Below, piece after piece: positions 19,975-35,572 of a stretch of 64,000 nucleotides of DNA. Below the pieces are notes generated by a model. The model was given only the letters and a program-made list of their open reading frames with translations. It did no database searches and was not told where the DNA came from. The position numbers were made by a program, and so were the translations under genes. The stretch comes from Candidatus Dormiibacterota bacterium (lineage in GTDB: Bacteria > Chloroflexota > Dormibacteria > Aeolococcales > Aeolococcaceae), in the NCBI GenBank assembly GCA_036495095.1, contig DASXNK010000196.1, positions 11,472 to 75,471 of the forward strand, given 5' to 3'. Position 1 is the first letter of the stretch. Each line of letters starts with the position of its first letter.

Positions 19975-21069
19975 GTGACCGAGGCCGTCCTCCTGATCGG
20001 GACACGCAAGGGGCTGGTGATCGCCCGCAGCGGACGCGAGCGCCGGGACTGGCGCGTGGAGCCGATTCGGTTCTCCAACAAGGAGGTGTACGCCGTCGCG
20101 GTCGATTCCCGCCCCGACCCGCCCCGGGTCTTCGCCGGCGTGGGGACGGGCCACTGGGGTTCATACCTCGTCCACTCCGACGACCTGGGGCGGACCTGGG
20201 TCGAGCCCGACCGCACACCGCTCGCGTTCCCCGAGAGCGCCGGGACCGCGCTGGTTCGCGTGTGGCAGGTGCAGCCCGCCGGCGACGACCAACCTGGCGT
20301 GGTGTACGCAGGGGTCGAGCCTCACGCCCTGTTTCGCTCGGACGACGGTGGTCTGAGCTTCTCGCTCGTCGAGGGGTTGTGGAACCACCCGCACCGGTCC
20401 GCATGGATGCCCGGCGGCGGCGGGGCGTGTCTGCACACCGTGCTCACCCACCCGACCGACCCGGGTTGGCTGCTGGTTGCGATGTCGAGCGCCGGGGTCT
20501 ACCGAAGCACCGACGGAGGGACGACCTGGGAGCCCGCCAACCGGGGGATCCAGGCGGTCTGGCTTCCCGAGGACCAGCGCTTCCCGGAGTTCGGCCAATG
20601 TGTCCACCGGGTGGCGATGCACCCCCGCCGGCCCGACCGGCTCTATGCGCAGAACCACTTCGGCGTCTACCGGAGCGATGACGCCGGCGGCTCCTGGGAG
20701 GCGATCGAGTCCGGGCTGCCGAGCACCTTCGGCTTCCCCATCGTCGTGCATCCGCACCAGCCCGACACCATCTACACGTTCCCACTGCAGGCGGACGAGG
20801 ATCGGATGCCGCCGGAGGGCAGGTGCCGTGTGTATCGCAGCCACGACGCCGGCGCGACCTGGAGTGCGCACTCCGAGGGATTGCCTCAGGACCCGTACCA
20901 CGCCGCCGTTCTGCGCGACGCGATGTGCACCGACAACGCCGATCCCGCCGGGATCTACTTCGGTACACGTCTCGGCGAGGTCTACGCCAGCACCGACGAC
21001 GGCGACTCCTGGACCGCCGTCGCGACCCACCTGCCCGACGTGCTCACCGTCCGCGCCGTCGTCCCATGA
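19975..21069 (+). CDS. BNR/Asp-box repeat beta-propeller protein (sialidase / GH74 / Ycf48-like fold); cytoplasmic, no signal peptide
   Basis: Six S-x-D-x-G-x-T-W repeats (HSDDLGRTW, FRSDDGGLSF, YRSTDGGTTW, YRSDDAGGSW, YRSHDAGATW, YASTDDGDSW). Probable GTG start near 19975. Confidence 0.7.
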   Translation: MTEAVLLIGTRKGLVIARSGRERRDWRVEPIRFSNKEVYAVAVDSRPDPPRVFAGVGTGHWGSYLVHSDDLGRTWVEPDRTPLAFPESAGTALVRVWQVQPAGDDQPGVVYAGVEPHALFRSDDGGLSFSLVEGLWNHPHRSAWMPGGGGACLHTVLTHPTDPGWLLVAMSSAGVYRSTDGGTTWEPANRGIQAVWLPEDQRFPEFGQCVHRVAMHPRRPDRLYAQNHFGVYRSDDAGGSWEAIESGLPSTFGFPIVVHPHQPDTIYTFPLQADEDRMPPEGRCRVYRSHDAGATWSAHSEGLPQDPYHAAVLRDAMCTDNADPAGIYFGTRLGEVYASTDDGDSWTAVATHLPDVLTVRAVVP

Positions 21070-21374
21070 GGGTCACGCTGGTGGTCCCCGCGGCGCTTCG
21101 GAGCTGCGCGGACGGGTTGCGCGAGGTCGCCCTGGAGGGGGCCACCCTCGGCGGTGTCCTCGACGACCTGGCGCAGCGGCTGCCGGTCCTCGAGCGCCGC
21201 CTCCGTGACGAGCGTGGGCACCTTCGCCCCCACGTGCTCGTCTTCGTCGACGGCGTCATGGTGGGCGATACCCCGGGCCTCGACACACCGGTCGACGACG
21301 GCACCGAGGTGTTCATCGCGCCGGCGGTGTCGGGAGGGCGACCACCCATGGAGAGTTCCTCGACGGTCAGGTGA
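21066..21374 (+). CDS. MoaD/ThiS-family ubiquitin-like sulfur-carrier protein with an 11-residue extension after the Gly-Gly
   Basis: MRVTLVVPAALRSCADGLREVALEGATLGGVLDDLAQRLPVLERRL...VFVDGVMV...GTEVFIAPAVSGG-RPPMESSSTVR. Beta-grasp pattern ending in GG. Overlaps the BNR gene stop by 4 nt. Confidence 0.6.
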   Translation: MRVTLVVPAALRSCADGLREVALEGATLGGVLDDLAQRLPVLERRLRDERGHLRPHVLVFVDGVMVGDTPGLDTPVDDGTEVFIAPAVSGGRPPMESSSTVR

Positions 21375-21506
21375 GGACTGGCCCGCCGGACAGGTCGCCG
21401 AGGCCCCGCACCGACCGAATGTGTCAGAGACGCAGTCCGCCGAGACACGTTGAGCGAGAACTCACCGAGGCGATGCGCGGTGTTGGATGACGGAGAGAGG
21501 ACGGCC

Positions 21507-22220
21507 ATGTCGGTCACGCGGAGGCGCTTCTGGACCGTGGTGCTCGCGGTCAGCGGTCTGATCTTCATCGTGGCCCTCGCCGCACTGATCACGGCGCCCC
21601 TGCCGTCGGGGAGGTCCGCGTCCATCGGCACCCCGGTCCACCCCAGGGTTCGGCCCCGGGCGGTGGCGCCCCACCCGGCCGGCGCTGGCGGAACCGTTTC
21701 CGTGCCACCGCCGAGGATCCCGGGAGGGACCGCCGCCATCCGGAGGGTCCACGGGCCGCAGGCGCTCGCCGGCCCCGCTGCTGCCGCCGCGAGGGTGCGC
21801 GGGTCCCAGGCGAGGCCGGCCGGGAGGTCCACCGGCGGTGGCGTGGTCCCGGCGCCGCAGGCGGCCCTCTCCGGAGGCACGGCCGGCCCAGCGGTCCTGG
21901 GGCCGCCGGCGATCCCTCCAGCAGACGCCGCCGCCGGGACGGCAGGCGCCGTTGGCGACGCGGTCACCCAGCCGGAGCCGGCGCCCACCGGCAGAGCCGA
22001 GGGCGGCGACGGGGATCAGGGATCGGCGGACCACCACCGTCACCATCACCACGGCGACTCCCACCGGAGGGATCCCAAGGAACGGCGAGAGCACCGAGGC
22101 GACGGTCGGTCGCGCCCGGAGGATCCATCGGGCTCGGCGGAGCAGGCGCCGACCGCCTCGCCCGAGCCGGGAGCGGATACGGACCGGAAGACACCCGACC
22201 AGGACACTCAGTCGAACTGA
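21507..22220 (+). CDS. Hypothetical membrane-anchored Pro/Ala-rich protein with a His-rich C-terminal segment
   Basis: N-terminal TM helix (FWTVVLAVSGLIFIVALAALITA), long low-complexity P/A/G region, and a DHHRHHHHGDSH cluster. Moderate GC3 bias. Confidence 0.35.
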   Translation: MSVTRRRFWTVVLAVSGLIFIVALAALITAPLPSGRSASIGTPVHPRVRPRAVAPHPAGAGGTVSVPPPRIPGGTAAIRRVHGPQALAGPAAAAARVRGSQARPAGRSTGGGVVPAPQAALSGGTAGPAVLGPPAIPPADAAAGTAGAVGDAVTQPEPAPTGRAEGGDGDQGSADHHRHHHHGDSHRRDPKERREHRGDGRSRPEDPSGSAEQAPTASPEPGADTDRKTPDQDTQSN

Positions 22221-22240
22221 GGCCGGCGGTGCCGGTGGCG

Positions 22241-22504
22241 CTACCTCCGGGCGGACCCGGCCACCGGGTGGCGCTCATGCGCGCCGCAGGCGTGGAGGCG
22301 CCGGTGCAGGTTCTCGACGAGCGGCTCGAGCACCGCGAGGTTGGCCTCGATGACCCGGCGCCGGACCTCCTCCGACAGCGGGCCCTCGACGGCGGTGAGG
22401 TGCACCTCGACCAGATGAAGGTCTGAGCCCTTCGGGTGGTCCACGTTCGTATATCTCCCCCAGTCTGCCGGCGAGCGGCGACCGATGTCGCGCGCGACTC
22501 CCAT
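22241..22504 (-). CDS. Hypothetical small protein (87 aa)
   Basis: Strong GC3 bias on the minus strand. The protein LHLVEVHLTAVEGPLSEEVRRRVIEANLAVLEPLVENLHRRL has no recognisable motif. Confidence 0.35.
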   Translation of the reverse strand: MGVARDIGRRSPADWGRYTNVDHPKGSDLHLVEVHLTAVEGPLSEEVRRRVIEANLAVLEPLVENLHRRLHACGAHERHPVAGSARR

Positions 22505-22617
22505 CCTGAGGCCTGCCGGCCCTGCTGAAAAGGGTCAGAGGTCCCGTGAATCCTGGGCCCGACGACGATGTCGTGAACCGGCGCACCGGCTGGACCTGGC
22601 ATCGGGATGAGGGCGAC

Positions 22618-23679
22618 TCAGCAGGCGCGACCCCAGAGCTGGCCGAGCCAGTCGAGACTGTCCTGTGCCTCCACCTGCCAGGCCTGCCAGCCGTGCGGGC
22701 CGGGGACGATCTGAGTGTGGATCGGGGCCCAGCCCAGCGCCTGCACGGTGGCGATGAACCGCTCGGTGTCGGGGAGGTATTCGGTGTCGTCCGCTCCGCC
22801 GCCGAGGAACAGCGCGCCCCGCTGCGAGGCGGGGACGCCGGCGACGGTGAGCTGCGGGCTGTTTGCGGACGCACTCGCCCCGAAGAGCGCGCCCGGTGCC
22901 GTGAACACCCCGGAGTAGCTCGCCACCCAGCTGAACATCCCGGGGTGGTGGATGGAGATGTTGAGCGCGCCGAAGCCTCCGGAGCTCAATCCGGCGATGC
23001 CGCGGTAGCGGGCCCCGAGTGTGCGGTAGCGGGCATCGATGGCGGGGATGAGCTGGTCGACCAGCCAGGTCTCGTCCTGGTCGCCGACGGCGTCGTTCCC
23101 CCAGTAGTTCCCGTCACCGGTGACTGCGTCGCCATCGGGGTAGACGGCGAGCGTCGGCATCAGCACGTTGGTGGCGGTCAGGCCGTTGAGGATGGTCGGC
23201 AGGGACGATCCCGAGCCCAGCCAGTCCGCACCCGAGCCGGTGGAGCCGTGGAGGAAGTAGACGACCGGGAACCCCTGCGTGGGAAGCGCCGCGTAGGCGC
23301 CGGGAACGTCGACGTAGACGGTGTGGCCGCCGACCGAGAGCTGGTCGATGTGGCCGGCGAGACCGTCGGCGGTCGTGGGGATGCAGCCGGCGGTCGCGGG
23401 CGCCACGGTCGCCGCCGGTGTGGCGATCGTGGGCGCGGCGGTCGGCGCTGATGTCGGCGCCGGGGTGGCGGTGGCCGCAGCTGTGGCGGTCGGCGTCGCG
23501 GTCGTCGCCGGGCCGGCTGTGGCCGCGGGGATGGCCGCCGGTGTGGACGTCCTGGGTGACGGCGTCGTCCCGTGAGCGTGGGCCGCCGCGATCGAACCGA
23601 CGGTTGCGGCGACAGCGGTGGCGAGCGCCGCGACCCCGATGGCCATCGTCCGGCTGCCGTGCGCCCGGCGCATCTCCAC
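22618..23679 (-). CDS. Secreted alpha/beta-hydrolase esterase (esterase-D / putative esterase PF00756-like) with a Pro/Thr/Ala-rich linker
   Basis: Signal peptide (MAIGVAALATAVAATVGSIAAAHA), PT-rich linker, and catalytic nucleophile elbow GLSSGG. Carries YFLHG and D/H downstream residues. Confidence 0.75.
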   Translation of the reverse strand: MEMRRAHGSRTMAIGVAALATAVAATVGSIAAAHAHGTTPSPRTSTPAAIPAATAGPATTATPTATAAATATPAPTSAPTAAPTIATPAATVAPATAGCIPTTADGLAGHIDQLSVGGHTVYVDVPGAYAALPTQGFPVVYFLHGSTGSGADWLGSGSSLPTILNGLTATNVLMPTLAVYPDGDAVTGDGNYWGNDAVGDQDETWLVDQLIPAIDARYRTLGARYRGIAGLSSGGFGALNISIHHPGMFSWVASYSGVFTAPGALFGASASANSPQLTVAGVPASQRGALFLGGGADDTEYLPDTERFIATVQALGWAPIHTQIVPGPHGWQAWQVEAQDSLDWLGQLWGRAC

Positions 23680-23939
23680 GACCTCCTGTCTGGAACCTGA
23701 GGTCAGTCTCGACGTGGCTGTCTTTCAGATCCCTGACCGGACCGATCGCGCGGTCGTGACGGTTGTCGCGGGGCTGTCACGGGCATGGCCCGGGCACCGT
23801 GCATCGCCGTGCCCCGGGCTCGGAAACGTCCGCGACCTCTTACGCACCTCTTGCGGTCCTCTCACCCCTGTCTTGTACGCGGTCGCCGATCGTGCCCCTC
23901 ACGGAAGCTGGATCTGCCGCTCGCGGCGAGGGCGTGCCC

Positions 23940-25931
23940 ATGACGATGCGGGCGAGGGCGGCTGCGCGCGCCCCGGGCACCGCCGAGGCCTCGGCGGCGC
24001 GGACGCTGCCATCGTGGCTGGGGCTGGGCGCGGTTCTTGCGCGCAGCGCCCTGGTCGACGGGATCGGCCTCTGGAACCTGGGATACGGGAACTCGTATTA
24101 CGCCGCCGCCGTCCAGAGCATGCTGACCAGCTGGCACAACCTCCTCTATGCATCCTTCGACGCCGGCGGCTTCGTCAGCATCGACAAGCCGCCGCTCGGC
24201 TTCTGGCTGCAGGCGGCGAGCGCCAGGCTGTTCGGATTCCACGGCATCAGCCTGCTGCTGCCCGAGGCGATCGCCGGGATGGTCTCGGTCGCGCTGCTCC
24301 ACCACCTCGTCGCCCGGGCCTGGGGACGTGCCGCCGGGCTGATCGCGGCCCTCGTGCTCGCCATCAGCCCGATCAGCGTGGTGGCGGCGCGAAGCAACAT
24401 CGTCGACGGCGTGCTGGCGATGGTGCTGCTCCTCGGCGCCGTCGCCGTCACCCGGGCGGCGGAGAGCGGGCGGCTGCGCTGGCTGCTGCTCTGCGCGGTT
24501 CTCGTCGGCCTGGGCTTCAACGTGAAGATGCTCGAGGCCTACCTGGTGGTGCCCGCCTTCGGCCTCGTGTATCTGCTGTCCGCGTCGATCCCGTGGCGGC
24601 GGCGAGCGATGCACCTCGCCGCCGCCACCGTGGTCCTGGTCGGGGTGTCACTGTCATGGGCGGTGGCGGTCGACACCACCCCCGCAGCCCAGCGCCCCTA
24701 CGTCGGCTCCAGCACCGGCGACTCGGAGGTGAACCTCGCGCTCGGCTACAACGGGTGGGGTCGGGTCACCGGAAGCTGGTTCCAGCGTCCCGCGGCCCGG
24801 GCGACGGCTCGCCCGGGTGCGGCGGCGCCCCAGGGCGCGTTCGCCGGGTTCGGGACCGCGGAGGCGGGCGGCACCGGTCCCCTTCGCCTGCTCCGGCAGC
24901 CGCTGGGGAGCCAGACCGGCTGGCTGCTCCCCCTCGCCCTCCTCGGCCTGGTCGCGGCGGCGGTGCGGCAGCGCTGGCGGGAGCCCTTCGACCGGCGACG
25001 GCGGTCGCTGGTCCTCTGGGGGAGCTGGCTTCTCGGCGAGGGGGCGTTCTTCAGCGCTGCCGGCACCCTCCACGCCTACTACCTCACCGTGCTCGAACCG
25101 GCGATCGCGGCGCTCGCCGGGATCGGCCTGACGGTGCTGTGGGGGGAGTACCGGCGCCGGACGCGCTGGGGATGGCTGCTGCCGGCGGCGGTGGTGGCGA
25201 CCGCCGCCGAGGCCGCCTGGGTGCTCGCCGGCTTCCCCGACTGGGCGAGATGGCTGACCCCGCTGGTGCTCGCCACCGCCGCAGCGGCGGTGGTGCTGCT
25301 CGCGGTGTCGCGGTGGCGTGCCGCCGCCCGCCGGCCGCTGGCGGCGCTCGCGGTGCTGGCCGGGGCCACCTCGCTGCTGGCGGCCCCGGTGACCTGGACG
25401 GTGGTCACCATCGGAGAGGCGAGCACCGCCATGCTGCCCACCGCCGGTCCGCCGCCGGCCGCCCAGACGGCGTTCCTGCACTCCCTGACGCGCGGGCGGG
25501 GGCGGGCGACGTTCGGGCAGCAGCCGGACCCGTCGCTGCTGCGCTACCTCGAGACCCACCAGGGCTCGGCGGGCTACCTGGTCGGCGGCCTCGCAGCCAT
25601 GAGCGTGGCGCCGTACATGCTGGCCAGCGACCGGCCCGCGCTCGCCCTGGGTGGCTTCATGGGCCGCGATCGCATCGTCGACCCCGCGCGGCTCGCCGGC
25701 ATGGTGGCGGGCGGCGCGGTGCGGTTCTTCCTGCTGCCCGCCCCGCCCGGCACCCGGCGCGGACCGTTCGGCCCCGGCGGCGGCGGCGTGAACGACGACC
25801 TGATCGCCTGGGTGAGGGCCGAGTGCGCGCCCGTCGATCGCGGCCTCTGGTCGGCCGCCCCCGCGCGGGGCGGCAGGATGGGGTCGGGACAGCAGGTCTA
25901 CGACTGCGCGCCCGCGGCGGGAGCGGGTTGA
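23940..25931 (+). CDS. GT-C fold glycosyltransferase, PMT_2/ArnT-like (GT39/GT83 family): lipid-linked sugar to protein/glycolipid transferase
   Basis: ATG at 23940 (MTMRARAAARAP...). About 11 N-terminal TM helices with an early loop carrying a conserved D (VSIDKPPLGFW), then a large C-terminal extracytoplasmic domain. 663 aa. Confidence 0.65.
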   Translation: MTMRARAAARAPGTAEASAARTLPSWLGLGAVLARSALVDGIGLWNLGYGNSYYAAAVQSMLTSWHNLLYASFDAGGFVSIDKPPLGFWLQAASARLFGFHGISLLLPEAIAGMVSVALLHHLVARAWGRAAGLIAALVLAISPISVVAARSNIVDGVLAMVLLLGAVAVTRAAESGRLRWLLLCAVLVGLGFNVKMLEAYLVVPAFGLVYLLSASIPWRRRAMHLAAATVVLVGVSLSWAVAVDTTPAAQRPYVGSSTGDSEVNLALGYNGWGRVTGSWFQRPAARATARPGAAAPQGAFAGFGTAEAGGTGPLRLLRQPLGSQTGWLLPLALLGLVAAAVRQRWREPFDRRRRSLVLWGSWLLGEGAFFSAAGTLHAYYLTVLEPAIAALAGIGLTVLWGEYRRRTRWGWLLPAAVVATAAEAAWVLAGFPDWARWLTPLVLATAAAAVVLLAVSRWRAAARRPLAALAVLAGATSLLAAPVTWTVVTIGEASTAMLPTAGPPPAAQTAFLHSLTRGRGRATFGQQPDPSLLRYLETHQGSAGYLVGGLAAMSVAPYMLASDRPALALGGFMGRDRIVDPARLAGMVAGGAVRFFLLPAPPGTRRGPFGPGGGGVNDDLIAWVRAECAPVDRGLWSAAPARGGRMGSGQQVYDCAPAAGAG

Positions 25932-25961
25932 GCGCCGAGGGCCGCGTTGATCAGCAGCCGC

Positions 25962-26736
25962 TCACGCGGCGATGTCACGGCGGCGGAGCTCGAGGGCTCC
26001 CACCACGATCAGGCCGATCGCCCACGCGGCGGCGACGATGAGAGCGCTGCCATAGCCGACGTCGGCCGTCCCACCGTGGCCGATGGCGTCGAGCTGGCTT
26101 GCGAAGAGCACGCTGCTCAGCGAGGCGAAGGAGTTGGTGAGCAGGCCCTCGACCGCGAACACGTAGGCCAGTCCCGCGACGATCGCGGGAGCCGGGGAGC
26201 GGAGCAGCACCCCGAGCAGCGCGCCCAGGATCGAGTATCCCAGGGTCGAGAGCACCAGGTCGCCGGCACCGGCGAGGAGGGCCCTGACACCCGCGGGCGT
26301 GGTCCACAGCGAGGTGGAGACCCCGTAGTGCGGTGCGGTCACGAGCGCCGCGGGGTAGGCCACGAAGTAGGCGAGGAGCACCACCGCGGTGATCAGGGCC
26401 GCGATCACCACGCTCTTGCCCGCGAACAGCGTGAGGCGCCGCGGCTGTCGCACCAGGAGGTTGCGGAGCGTCCCGCTGGAGAACTCCGTGGAGAACGCGA
26501 ACGCCGCGAAGCCGAGCCCGACGATGGCGAGGAAGTCCGTGGAGTGCGCCAGGATCGCGTGGATGCCGTCGGCCTGCGAGTACAGCCCGACGTTCGCTTT
26601 GCGCCGGGGCCGGTCGAGCTCGTGGAGACCGACGATCACCGCCGTCACCGAGAGGACGGCTGTGATCGCGGCCGTGGTTCCGAGGATGCCGGCGCGCCGC
26701 ACCTTGAGCCATTCGCTGAGCAGCGCGTGTCTCATC
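25962..26736 (-). CDS. ABC-2 type transporter permease
   Basis: About 258 aa with 6 TM helices (MRHALLSEWLKVRRAGILGTTAAITAVLSV...). Start overlaps the ATPase stop (ATGA). The longer ORF in the track is a fusion across the ATPase frame. Confidence 0.7.
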
Positions 26737-27682
26737 GGTCGTGTCCACCGGTGATCGCCAGGAAGGTGTCCTCGAGGCTCGAGCGGACGTGGGTGATCTC
26801 GTCGAGCGCGATCCCCCCCTCCATCGCCTGGCGGTTCACGGCTGCCGCCCCGCCCTGGAATCCGTCGATACGCACGTGCCCGTCCTGGCGCCGGGCGTGA
26901 TACCCCCTGTCGGTGAGGAGCATGGTGAGCTGCTCGAGCTGGTCGGGCCTCTCGGGCACGAGCACCAGGGTGGTGCGGCGGCGCTCGAGGAGGTCCGCCA
27001 TGGTCCCGTGGAAGAGGAGGTGGCCCTCCTTGAGCACGAGGATCCAGTCGGCGATCTGCTCGAGCTCGCTCAGGATGTGACTGCTGATGAAGATCGTCAC
27101 CCCCTGGTCGCGAAGCCGCCCGAGGAGGCGTCGCATGTCCTGGATGCCCGAGGGGTCGAGCCCGTTGGCGGGCTCGTCGAGGATGAGGAGCTCCGGCCGG
27201 GGAAGAAGCGCGGCGGCGATCCCGAGCCGCTGCCTCATCCCCAGCGAGTACCCGAGCACGCGGTCGTCGGCACGCTCCTGCAGCTCGACGATGGCCAGCA
27301 CCTCGTCGACCCGTGACGCCGGCGTCCCATCGAGCGCGGCGAGGACCTGGAGGTTCCGGCGCCCGCTCAGCCACCAGTAGAAGGCCGGGCCCTCGATGAG
27401 CGCTCCCACCCGCGGCAGGTGGTCGCCCGGCCTGCTGATCGGCGACCCGAGGACCTCCGCCGTGCCGGCCGTCGGCGCGACGAACGACAGCAGCATGCGG
27501 ATGGTCGTGGTCTTGCCGGAGCCGTTGGGACCGACGAACCCCGCGATGACACCGGTGGGGATGTCGAAGTCGATGCCGTCCACCGCAGCCCTGGTCCCGT
27601 AGTGCTTGGTCAGACCGCGTGCACGGATCGCGGGCGGCAGGCCCGCGGATTCGGTGATGGGCGAAGGCATCGGCGTCCCCAT
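26732..27682 (-). CDS. ABC transporter ATP-binding protein (exporter-type, partner of the ABC-2 permease)
   Basis: Walker A GPNGSGKTT, ABC signature LSGGMRQRLGIAAAL, Walker B LLILDEP, and H-loop. 316 aa. Confidence 0.9.
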   Translation of the reverse strand: MGTPMPSPITESAGLPPAIRARGLTKHYGTRAAVDGIDFDIPTGVIAGFVGPNGSGKTTTIRMLLSFVAPTAGTAEVLGSPISRPGDHLPRVGALIEGPAFYWWLSGRRNLQVLAALDGTPASRVDEVLAIVELQERADDRVLGYSLGMRQRLGIAAALLPRPELLILDEPANGLDPSGIQDMRRLLGRLRDQGVTIFISSHILSELEQIADWILVLKEGHLLFHGTMADLLERRRTTLVLVPERPDQLEQLTMLLTDRGYHARRQDGHVRIDGFQGGAAAVNRQAMEGGIALDEITHVRSSLEDTFLAITGGHDR

Positions 27683-27762
27683 GATGCCACCTTCCTCTGA
27701 CGGTTCCCGGTCCGATCGTCCCCCTCGCCGAGAAGACGGCTTTACACGACTTTCCCGGAGCC

Positions 27763-33684
<5,922 letters not shown>

Positions 33685-33944
33685 GCGCGAACCGGCGTGG
33701 GTGGCGGTGTATTACTCGCCAACAGGAGCGATGTCGCAACTCATGCGGGCGGGCGTCCCATCACGGGGGTGCTCCGTCACCCGAACGTCCTCCGCTGTCA
33801 CCTGTCATGGCTAGGATCAGCGATGTCGGCAGCCACTGACAAAGGCAAACCCTTCGCGAGGAGGGGACGCAAAGCCACGGGTCTCACGCAGACAGCCGGG
33901 TTACCAAGGGTCGCCAAAGGAGGCCGACAGCACGGGGTGCTGCC

Positions 33945-34631
33945 ATGGCCGTCCACGGTCTTCTTCTGCTCGCCGTCGCCGCTGCCGGCGTCGCCGGTAC
34001 CGCGACTCTCGTCACCGGCGTCACCGGCCGTGGATCCGCCGGTCACGACGCTGTTCGCGCGATGGACACCCGGGCTCTCGCCCTCGCCAACGCTGACCAC
34101 TTCGCGGCGCCGCCTTCGACGCCCGTTCCCGCGCCGGTGGCGACTCCCGCGCCGGTCATCGTCGCCGCGCAGCAGGCCTCGACGCCCGTCCCGGTCGCCG
34201 CACCGGTGGCGCGGCGTGCGGTGACGCCGGTGCCGGCGGTGTCACCGGAGGTGCTCCACAACTTCCTCACCAGCGGTGATGGGACGCTGCGCACCGGCGT
34301 CGGCGTCTACGGGGACTGCACCGGACGTACCCCGCTGACCAGGGCCGAGGCGGCAATCGACCCCTGCAGCGGAGGACCGACCTACTTCGTCGGTCACAAC
34401 GCCGGTGTCTTCACACCGCTCATGCACATGGCGGTGGGCGCGATCATCGTGTACCACGACGGCGCGGGCGTGGCACACAGCTGGCGGGTGGTGAGCGTCC
34501 GTGACGGCTACGCCTCTGCCGGCGGCGTGCCGGCCCCGACCCAGGCCGACGTCGTGGCCCAGTTCCAGACCTGCGAGACCTACTCGCCCAGCGGGCAGTT
34601 CGATCGGATCCTCGATGTGGTCGAGGCGTGA
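33945..34631 (+). CDS. Secreted hypothetical protein with a Pro/Val/Ala-rich linker and a Cys-containing globular C-terminal domain
   Basis: Signal peptide (MAVHGLLLLAVAAAGVAG), PVPAPVATPAPV repeats, and a C-terminal domain with GDCTGRTPLT...CSGGPTYFVGHN...VYHDG. Confidence 0.5.
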   Translation: MAVHGLLLLAVAAAGVAGTATLVTGVTGRGSAGHDAVRAMDTRALALANADHFAAPPSTPVPAPVATPAPVIVAAQQASTPVPVAAPVARRAVTPVPAVSPEVLHNFLTSGDGTLRTGVGVYGDCTGRTPLTRAEAAIDPCSGGPTYFVGHNAGVFTPLMHMAVGAIIVYHDGAGVAHSWRVVSVRDGYASAGGVPAPTQADVVAQFQTCETYSPSGQFDRILDVVEA

Positions 34632-34934
34632 TCACGCGCCGGATGTGACGGGATGCTGCATATGCTTGACGGCAACGGCCGCAGGGGGCATGCTGGGGGA
34701 GAACCAGTGGCCATACGTCGGAGGGATCGCCAACATGACGCGAACCATCTGGCAGCGCCTGCGCCGTGGGCGAGGCGAGGTCTAGGCCCCGGCCACCAGT
34801 CGCCAGTCGCAGGACTGGGGGACGCGAGTGGAGGGCGATGAGCCTTCCGCGGATGGTCTGGGGCCAAAGTGCACGACATCACGGTATTCGCACCGAACAC
34901 CGACTCATATGAGCCGGGTCGAAAGAGATGTCGA

Positions 34935-34968
34935 ACGAGAAGGGCCGGCCGCACGCCGGCCCTTCTCC
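34935..34968 (+). terminator. Rho-independent-terminator-like hairpin (GGGCCGGCCGCACGCCGGCCC followed by TTCTCCTTTG)
   Basis: 8-bp GC stem with a 5-nt loop, followed by a T-rich tract, inside a ~0.9-kb non-coding gap. Confidence 0.35.
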
Positions 34969-35572
34969 TTTGCATGGCAAGGCGAAACCGGCGCGGGCGC
35001 ACCCGACCCGCGGTTGCCCCCGCAACGACGCGCGTGCGCGGTGAGGCGAGAGTGGAGCGTCGCATGAGAGGGCGTGCGACGCTCCACGAGCGCGGCGACT
35101 GGGAATGGTTCCTACACCGCCACAGTGCCCGGAACATGTCCGAGTTCGCGCTCGCAGGGTAGCGGACGAGGTCTGTGCATGTGTTGTGGATCAGGCTGTG
35201 GAAACCTGCGTGTTTCTCGCCTGGCACGAAGCGAGCCGGCCTGCCTCCGTCGCAAGCTGTCGGTCGACCGACCACGGCCAGGGGGAGGGAGGCCATGGGT
35301 GCCGACCGGCAAGCCCTCTCATACGACTGAAGGACAGTCCGGCTCGGGGTGTTTCGGACTTGCCGTTCCCCCCGCGCGACAGATCGCGGGGGGCGCCACG
35401 GCCCAGCGACGGGCTCCTCTCGGGGCCGGAGCGGGGGGTGCCGCCAACTCAGAGAGTCAGCGGGTCTGCGGCCTGGGCCGGTGATCATAACGGATCTGTA
35501 ATGACGATCGCAAGCGGGGGGACCCGTGTAGCGTTGTCGACCGACCGGTGAGCGCGACAGGAGGTGAGGCCC

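Noticed and set aside
22546-23451. 301-aa plus-strand ORF antisense to the esterase gene
   Set aside because: The esterase on the minus strand has a signal peptide, a G-x-S-x-G nucleophile elbow and coherent GC3. The plus-strand product is low-complexity Gly/Arg/Asp-rich.
35290-35360. Resemblance of GAAGGACAGUCCGGCUCGGGG and GGGUGCCGACCGGCAAG to RNase P RNA P4/P-loop consensus (GGAAAGUCCGGGCUCC, GGGUGCCAGGUAACGCC)
   Set aside because: The two elements are in the wrong relative order for RNase P RNA. The AGUCCGGGCU core lacks a G. Other universally conserved RNase P blocks (GUAAGAGCGCACC, ACAGAACCCGGCUUA) are absent.
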